Source: Nemertoderma westbladi (Eukaryota; Animalia; Xenacoelomorpha). Taken from it: a stretch of 43,224 bases of DNA. The stretch's first letter is position 1, and every line of letters begins with the position of its first letter. Under the pieces are notes generated by a model that saw only the letters and a list, made by a program, of their open reading frames with translations, was not told where the DNA came from and ran no database searches. Below, piece by piece: positions 35,152 through 43,224 of this stretch. The translations under genes were made by a program, and so were the position numbers. The DNA lies in NCBI GenBank assembly GCA_032718475.1, contig JAUCBJ010005409.1, positions 1 to 43,224 of the forward strand, given 5' to 3'.

Positions 35152-36408
35152 TCGTAAAGAAAACACTGTTTATAAAGTTATTTAATAAGAATTTACATTG
35201 TGAAATGCCTCAAAAGAAGTTGATGCTACGACAAAATATCATCGGGAAAGCAAATCCGATATCTAACGTAATAAAGTAGATCAATCATTCAATGAAGTCA
35301 GTCGCTCTTGTCAAAATGTTCTTCGGATTAAACGACCCGTTGCTGCCTGCTTGGGATGCTCCGCTGGTGCAAACAAACGAGAGTACACAAGTCATCCTTT
35401 CAGCTCATCCTAAACCCATGATAAGCCTATAAAGTTGTTAAAGTGGCACGAGGTACCTATATAAACTCTATAGAAGGGAGCCGTTCACCCACAGCAGCAT
35501 TCCTGGTGAGAGGTAACAGTGGGATGTGACACGACGGAGGGCCGTACTTTCTTTATACTGGTGATATATAAGGCGTTGCCTGGGGTGGGTTGCAACGGAT
35601 TACATTGGGCCGACGGTCCCAATCAATAACAGCCCTGTGTGCGTGCTTACACGCCATAAACTACGGACCAAAATGGCATCGGTTTTACAGCCGTATATAT
35701 ATCCATCAGTGGTGTTGTTGGCCCTGGCCGCTGGCCTTTCCTGTCTTATTTTAATTGGTGACTTTGTCAACTGAATTTGATACTAAACTAAGATTGTGCC
35801 GACTCATAATTTAGTTCTCTGCGTGGTTTTATTTTATTGTTGGCTGAGCTTCCCGCTCTAGGCGTGTGCCTTGCGCTCAACTTTCGGTTTTTAAGATTAA
35901 CTGCGTTAAATTAATTAAAACAACGGATAGTTGTGTGTGTACCCTTAAATATTACTACTACATGTGAGAATTTTCTGAATGTGAGTGCATTCTTCTACTG
36001 ATTTGAGATGTTGAACAGTTTATTATGCTATGTAGACATACAGATCGGCGTTCCCTAACTCCCATGTGCTCTTTCACTAGGCCCCTCAACCTTAGAACCC
36101 TTGATTTGCGATCGAGAAATCTATATTGTTTGTTTGTTTGTCTGTCTGTCTGTTTGTTTGTATTATATATACCTGTACGCACAGCATCCTAGCCTGGTTT
36201 CAACATATCCCTAGTTTGAGTTCAGTTTGGTAGACAAATGTACTACTAAGTGATATTTTAATAGAATTTCGTTCAGAATTGGAAAAATTATGTTAATCGC
36301 AAAGATAATTTTTATTATTTTTTTAATTAATCCCCCCCCCCCCCCCCCCCTCCCCCCATCTCTTCCGGCATATAAACTAACTCGGATATCCTATAATGTT
36401 GTATTTAG

Positions 36409-36572
36409 TCGGACGGCCACTCGCGCTAGCCTTCGATGTAATCGAATCCATACAGAAGCTGGCCGGGCACCATTTACTCCAATCTCTCGACGGATTCCTA
36501 TTGGCTCTGTCTCACGATGGTCGGATCGTCTACGTGTCCGAGACAATATCGGTCTATCTCGGACTCAGTCAG
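36409..36572 (+). CDS. trh: trachealess/NPAS1/3 exon 3 (start of PAS-A)
   Basis: TTTAG| acceptor, [36 protein letters not shown], donor |GTAAGA; phases 1 to 0. Confidence 0.9.
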
Positions 36573-38407
36573 GTAAGAGAGTTATAAAGCTACTTTACCA
36601 AACTCAAACACTTATGAGTTAATGTCGCTAAATAATCAGAAACACCAACGATGTGTTTTTGTGTGTTTAAAAAATTAATTGTATCTAATTAACAAATGTG
36701 CAGGTTACAGTGGAGGTGTTTTCTAACCAAAGTAATAAACAAGACTATTTAATATGCGTCCAATCTACACTGCAGTTCACTTTCTTTTTCACTTGCTGTC
36801 AATGTGCGCCACTATCTGATGACACGTAAACTAGGCCCTGTAGAATTTAAATTCAAGGACGCATCCAAACTATGAAAAGTACTTAATTGAAAGCCCTTTT
36901 ATTTATTGAATGAAAAGTAATTCATGCAATCGGCAATCAAACAAACCAACGATTCGACACATAACGTTAATGGAGGATAACTAGATTGAGATGCGAAGGA
37001 TAGAAGAACATGATAAATTCGCCCAGTGAACATCAAACTAAGTCACTTTATTTTTTAAGTAACTAAATTTCACACCTATTATTATCTTTAATGAAATACC
37101 TAACTGTAAATGCGCAACGTAGGACTTACTCAATGAAAAATTAATAGATTTCAGCCGCAGTTTTTTGCGCGTGAAACTTGAATCATCCAACTGAAGGTGC
37201 ATTATTGACGATGTAGATATGAGTTGAGTAGATTGGAGTGGCGGTGGCTTACCTTTAGCTTCGCCATATCTCAGAGGGTTGACTAGCTAGTGTTTTTATC
37301 AGACGGGGACCTGGTACCGAGGACATTTTACATTGTTAGCTTTCTTTCAAGTAGGGGAGATAAGCGATAAACCTTGTTGAGAGAAAGCGGTAGTGTAGTG
37401 GGTTGAGGGAGTGGATACAATGGTAGAGTGGTAGGCTGGGGGAGGGCCAGGGATTATAAGTTATATTCCGGACGTACCGTAATACAAACGACAAACGCAG
37501 CTGTTTGGGCTTACAGGGGGGCACTTCCTTATTGAATAATGCATTATTAGGGAGGAGACTGTGTAGTTACTGGGCCGGTATGTTTGTTGGGTTAAGGGGA
37601 GTCCCGCCCTATATCTAAGTAAGTGGAGGTGGAGCTATTTGTTTTTAAACTCGATAAAGTTTTTACCGGTTCTTGTTCACCAGATTGTGCGGTACGTCTA
37701 TCTGCTGGTCATTAATTCCTGAGGGTTTGTAATTAATTACGGAGCGATATAATTGAACAATTGGAGTTACAACTACCCTAACTTATATACAATAAGGTTA
37801 AAATAGAGAAAACAAATCGCATTCAGTACCCTCTATGACTGTGCAATATTCTTATTTTATCCAAATAATTTTTTAATTTGGAATAGGCCTTTTGTATCAT
37901 CTTAGTTTGCAAAGCTACATATTTCGAAAAAATATCCCATATAAAAACACGTAACTGCAGTTTACACAATATAGACATCGATTGATTTAAACTAGGTATT
38001 ATACTGTCTTCTTACATTTTGCGTTAATTTAAATTTCCTCCTATTTTGTCTCACAAAACAAAAGCTTGATGAAACGCCGACATTGATAGATAAACCCGTT
38101 GCTTAAGAAAATGAGGTGTTTAAGATTATGTTTCTTTGGCTATGGGGATCTATCGGGTAATAAATCAAGATAACGTACGAAGCATGTCAATGGTAACCCC
38201 TTAAGGTGTGATTAACTCGGGTACAGAAACTCATTCAACCCCAAAGCGCTCAACGGCATGGCCTCCTATCCACCAGTTATAAACTCGGCTATTACAGTCC
38301 CAAAGGGGACCCCATCTCTAATCTAAACGACTATTCACAGCTCCGATGCTCAACAACTGAAAACGTCTTAAATATAAACAAATGTTTGGAGACCAACGTT
38401 ATCTTAA

Positions 38408-38621
38408 GGCCATGATACACCACAGGAGCGGCGAGCGGCAGCGGCGAGCGGCAGCGGCAGCTTTTTAAAAATAGAACACATTATTTTCTATGTGTGATGA
38501 TACACCACAAATGGCTGCTGCCGCTCGCCGCTCCTATAGCGTATCATACTAAAAGTCGCCGCTCACATCGGCCGCTTGCCGCGGCCGCTGCCGCTCGCCG
38601 CTCCTGGGGTGTATCATGGCC
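38408..38621. mobile_element. PIF/Harbinger (Tourist-like) MITE, 214 bp
   Basis: TIRs GGCCATGATACAC...CAGGAGCGGCGAGCGGCAGCGGC / GCCGCTGCCGCTCGCCGCTCCTG...GTGTATCATGGCC, flanked by TTAA/ATAA (TWA-like). Confidence 0.75.
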
Positions 38622-39194
38622 ATAATATGTCGAAGTGCTGAACTGTGAAACTGAAGTTAAATTGACACTGAATTTGTGATTTAAATCGGTAATCGGAAAC
38701 TAATATCATTTTTAAATTTTTGTCAAATATTTAATAATTTTTTTGTTTTACATTTTTTTTAGATTTAATAAACATTGAAAAAAAAATAACGTAAAAAATT
38801 TGAAAATTCAAACTCAAAATATACTATCAGCAGTTATTCCAAATATCAACAAAGTGATTCAATGTACAGCAGTGTAGAACTGGATTGGCAATAAAGAACA
38901 AAATAGATAAGAAATAAACTAAATGTAAGCAATATACATAAATCCACAACTGAATTAATATATATTATGATATAGAAACTAAAACTGTAACTGAATTAAG
39001 ATGCGAATGAAAAGAGAAAATGAAACTAAAATATTTGAATTTAATCCAGTGTTCTGCACTGAATGTGCACAAGTCGTATCCAAAATATTATGAATGCGCT
39101 GGAAATACCACAAGGTTGTTAGAGGTTTCTTTAGTTAGTTCAATAATATTCATCTACCTGGTACAAGTATTATAATTTGGTCGTACTATTACAG

Positions 39195-39326
39195 GTAGAA
39201 TTGGCTGGTTCTACGGTTTTTGATTACATACACCAAGACGACCAAGAGGAACTTATGAAAGCTTTAGGACTGAGTTACGATATGAGACACGAGCCAGGAA
39301 TCTATAGGGGGGCCAAAGAGTTGCTG
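39195..39326 (+). CDS. trh: trachealess/NPAS1/3 exon 4 (PAS-A)
   Basis: ACAG|VELAGSTVFDYIHQDDQEEL...ELL|GTAAGT; phases 0 to 0. Confidence 0.9.
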
Positions 39327-39611
39327 GTAAGTTTATTTTATACCTTAATAATTATTTTCAGATGGGGGGGGGAGGTAAATTTCGCCTCGGCGAATTAATG
39401 TTAATTGAGGAATAGGAGCATGTTACAATGGCGGATTATTCTAACCAAAACAATAAACGAAATCCTATGGAATATATTTGTTGTGAGTTTATTTTTTGCC
39501 CTTATCAAATCCTTTATGTAGAAAATAACTGGCATTTCAGAATGGCAGTATATAATTCACATCTTCCGCCACTAACAATATTAATAATATAAATTGAATT
39601 GTTTCTCACAG

Positions 39612-39728
39612 GAAACAGGATTCGTAAAGGCTAAACACGACGAATTTAACCTGAACAGATCGCTCTGCATTCGATTTAAATCCACGTTGACTAAACGAGG
39701 AGTTCATATTCGCTCTTCCGGATATAAG
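39612..39728 (+). CDS. trh: trachealess/NPAS1/3 exon 5
   Basis: CACAG|...RSLCIRFKSTLTKRGVHIRSSGYK|GTACGT; phases 0 to 0. Confidence 0.92.
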
Positions 39729-40894
39729 GTACGTTACGTTGTAAATAATTACATAATATATTACAGTATACAGATACACCCAAGCCACCCAAACCCAAAA
39801 CGATCACACATGGATTTTAAACGTGGGTTACCGCATGGGTTAGTGCGAGTGCAGTGGAATATCCAATGATTACAGTTACAGTATTATGAAAGTAATTGAA
39901 TCTGTAGGTTGTGGAATACTTCCTCCATTTAAATAAAATATGCTACTTTGGCTTTATACTTGTAATAAATAATGTGTTCTGTCTGTAGGAATATGTTTCG
40001 AGCTGATCCTTTACCATAGCCACAGGGTTTTCATATCTTTATTCGGGTTGATGTCAACAAATACGAAATTATTCAAAAATTCATAGATTACGATTTATGG
40101 TTAGGGTTTCATGACACGTTTAAGTAAAAATCATCTATTCATCAATTATCAGACTTCTAAACATCAAAATGTCGACGTGATTAATTTCTTAATTTAATAT
40201 ATTTACTGACTTGCTGTACTATTCATAAAGCAAGGGGTTTACTTGTTTCTATGGCAAATACAATTGAAATATTCTAAAATAAAAAGTATTGCAAAAAATA
40301 TTAATTCTGAAAATTGCCTTTCTATCCAAGTCAAAGTATAATTATAATTAATTATCATATTATTGAATTGTTCTGAACTTCAATAAGAAAGTAACGGTAG
40401 GCCCCTAGCTGTGTAAATCACACATAATATTGGTCACCAAACTGTTTAGTGCCACGGGCCACCAGTAGATTCAGGAGAAACGTGTTGCAGCGTGGAGGTC
40501 TCATAATACGTCGCGTTTTACTGCACGTCCCGAACCTGTACCGAGTGGTACTGACGTATCTCATCCGTCGTACTGAGTCTGTTCCTCTCTGGCCATCCGA
40601 AGAAACGGAAATTATATCGTCATTGATTATGAGACAAGGAGTGGACGAAAGGCAACTCTAAGAATCAATTACAGATCAGAGTTGAAATGAAAATGTGGCA
40701 AGTAAAACCAACATAGTTTAGAAAGTTGTGGCGGTTTGGTGTTACTTGATAATATGTTGTTACTGTTGTAATATTATTTTAATTGATAATATGCAGTTGT
40801 CAACCCATTAGGTACCACTACCGGTACGTCCGTTATACTCGAGTCCACGTAACTGGTGTATCTGCCTGCTGTGATGGTGGTAGGCCTATATTAT

Positions 40895-41182
40895 TCAGCC
40901 TACCGGCGGTTTCCCGTCAGCCACCGCTGTGTTCCAACGCTGCCGTCTTGCTTTCAGTCCCTGGATATCCTCCTTATCCAACGGGCGGATATTCGAGGCC
41001 ATCACAATGTCACGAAACTCCTCGTAACTCTCAACCTTCTGGTGGACCGCTCGGAATTTAGCGTCGTTCTCTCGCGAGTATTTCTCATCTGCTCTCATTG
41101 CCGTTACTAAATTTTTCTCCAATTTCCCAAAGTCAACGTAATCGTCATCTTCAGGGGAAAATTTTCCAGGTGTTTTGGCCAT
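40895..41182 (-). CDS. CCDC103: CCDC103/DNAAF19-like dynein attachment factor (N-terminal domain only), nested antisense in trh intron 5
   Basis: DFGKLEKNLVTAMRADEKYSRENDAKFRAVHQKVESYEEFRDIVMASNIRPLDKED...RWN matches the CCDC103 N-terminal consensus (DEKY.REN.AK.RAV.Q.V.SYEEFR.IV.ASH.KPL). Confidence 0.88.
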   Translation of the reverse strand: MAKTPGKFSPEDDDYVDFGKLEKNLVTAMRADEKYSRENDAKFRAVHQKVESYEEFRDIVMASNIRPLDKEDIQGLKARRQRWNTAVADGKPPVG

Positions 41183-41595
41183 GAATTACGACGGTAAAAT
41201 TGGTAGATTACAGAAAATTATTACCGGTAGCGGTACAACAAATACCTAGTCCTGTAGTCAGCCTACTTTGCAAGATAGTAGAGTAGATACCGGTATTGCA
41301 GTACAACAGTACTGCCTGTCTAATTGGTGATTTAATAAAAATATCAAGTGGCTTTGTTTACACGTTGCTAAAGTAACGACCTTAATATCTAAGTTTTATT
41401 TGACGTAAAACAAATAGGATTTTTTCGCATGTGTCATCGATGTGTATAATTTGTCGAGCGCGGCTCAAGTTATTATATCAAGGGAGAAATTAGTTATTTG
41501 TTTCTCACATAATACGGAATTGTATTCCACAAAATTCACGTTTTCGATTTTTTATGGTTCAATCACCCAAAAGTATACAATAATCCATATTTTAG

Positions 41596-41789
41596 GTGAT
41601 GCATCTAACAGGACGTTTGCGACCTCAGCTAACCACCGAGTCTATAACGGACAACCGAATCCCCACCATTGGCTTCGTCTGCTGCGCTGTTTCCCTCCCA
41701 TCTCCGATACTAACTGAGATACAACTGGAACCATTTGTATTCGTTATGAAGGCGACGCTTTCCCTGGACGTAACTTACTGTGAACAGAG
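41596..41789 (+). CDS. trh: trachealess/NPAS1/3 exon 6 (end of PAS-A to start of PAS-B)
   Basis: TTTAG|VMHLTGRLR...SLPSPILTEIQLEPFVFVMK..L...YCEQ AG|GTAAAG; phases 0 to 2. Confidence 0.9.
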
Positions 41790-42614
41790 GTAAAGTGAAA
41801 GTAAAGAGGGCTTAAATAATGTCACACATATTTATTTTATAGGAAATATTATACTAACTAAATATCAGAGGCCATGGCATAGGCCAGTAGTGCAGGTGGG
41901 TCGCTATATTATTATTATTTATTTGTATAGATTAATTTCGCACTACCAAATCGCCAGGGAGAAATTTTCCAACTTTATATCGCAGTGCGACATTATTTCT
42001 CATTATGTCCCTACGCCATACATTTTACTATGTATTTCCAGTATATCCAATATATCCAGTATGTCACCACGTCATTATTAGGTTGTTCTAGAAAGTTAAA
42101 GTGCATAACTACAAATAATTCCCCACAAATAAATACAATTTGATTCGCCATTGTTAATAATTTGCACTTTAAAGCATTTCAAGCACAAGTTAAATTATTA
42201 TCTGGTCAACAATTTCTTGCTATTCTATGTTTGTGGCATTGCACTGCACCCAGACATCCTATGCTATTGTGCTACGCTCAGAGTATGAGTTGCTAAGTAA
42301 AACCCGAAAATGTCAGTATCCAAGACGACATTCGTTCACTTTCCGAACTTCCGTAGATCTGGCCATGTTGGCACTACTGTACCAACAGTTAGAAAAACTT
42401 CGTATAATTTGCAGAAAGAACGAGTTCTATCTGTTGTTTTCTTTAAATAGGCCTACAGTACTGCTTCATTTATCACTAAATAACAACTGTTCTAATTTTA
42501 TAATAATAATATTATTTCACGGCTTAACGTGCTTATTGCGAGAGTTGTTAGCGATTATAAATGATTATATTGCTTGGATTAGGTTATAATGTAGTTTGTT
42601 GATTTTGTTTCTAG

Positions 42615-42721
42615 GGTAACGGACTTCACGACTCTAACAACAGACGACGTCCAAGGTCGACGATTGTACGAGTTCGTACACGCTGTAGACCTGGCTGGAG
42701 TTAGAAAGTCTCACACCGATT
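42615..42721 (+). CDS. trh: trachealess/NPAS1/3 exon 7 (PAS-B); not in the ORF track
   Basis: TTCTAG|(R)VTDFTTLTTDDVQGRRLYEFVHAVDLAGVRKSHTD T|GTAAGT; phases 2 to 1. Confidence 0.88.
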
Positions 42722-42949
42722 GTAAGTCATTACATTAGATTGTAGGTAAATTATTAACTACAACCGGTAACAAATTTTTACAACATTTCGTGATTTTTTT
42801 TACCATATCACAATATATATAATATATAATAAATAATAGTAAATAATATCTAACAATGCCCATTGCCAATAATACAGTTTTCAGTATAAAAATACTATAT
42901 AGAAATTACTATATAGAATTGAAATTATGTTTTTATTATCATTTTTTAG

Positions 42950-43094
42950 TGTTGGCCAAAGGTCAGGCAGTGACACCATATTATCGATGGTTGATGAAAG
43001 GTTCCCATGTCTGGATGCAGACAGTCTTTATGATAACATGTAACTCGAAAACTGGTGACGACAACACAGTTATCTGTATTAACTACGTATTAAG
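42950..43094 (+). CDS. trh: trachealess/NPAS1/3 exon 8 (PAS-B/PAC); the gene continues beyond the window
   Basis: TTTTAG|(L)LAKGQAVTPYYRWLMKGSHVWMQT...ICINYVL AG|GTTGGT; phases 1 to 2. Confidence 0.9.
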
Positions 43095-43224
43095 GTTGGT
43101 TTGATGTTCCCACCCCCCCCCCCCCCCCCCCCCCACATAACACGCGAATTAAACTAAATAAGTGGTAGTATGTACGACTTTGGGCCCAAACCATTCAATC
43201 CTAAAACTGTACTGATAATGAATT

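Noticed and set aside
40449-40661. Alternative plus-strand trh exon
   Set aside because: The phase-0 reading after the TTTAG acceptor hits a stop within ~19 codons, and exons 5 and 6 already join as expected (GYK|VMH).

Overview
AT-rich eukaryotic (invertebrate animal-like) genomic DNA; nothing prokaryotic and no CRISPR. 1-25.6 kb is dominated by mobile DNA: the 3' end of a BEL/Pao LTR retrotransposon, a LINE fragment, several MITEs, a 4.7-kb 25-bp satellite and a 67-bp satellite. It also holds an intronless type II membrane fibrinogen-domain gene. At 13.8-21.2 kb an RTE-like LINE ORF can be rebuilt stop-free after removing two insertions with target-site duplications. The first is a ~450-bp, highly structured, apparently non-tRNA short retroposon (3 copies in the window). 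The second is a 4-kb internally deleted LTR element whose primer-binding site is not tRNA-like but is complementary to a 9-mer in its own LTR, a candidate for Tf1-like self-priming. 26.6-43.2 kb holds eight phase-compatible exons of a trachealess/NPAS1/3 bHLH-PAS gene. Its introns carry a tRNA-derived SINE, a 79-bp satellite, MITEs and a nested antisense CCDC103-like gene encoding only the N-terminal domain. All calls come from manual reading; no database searches were run.
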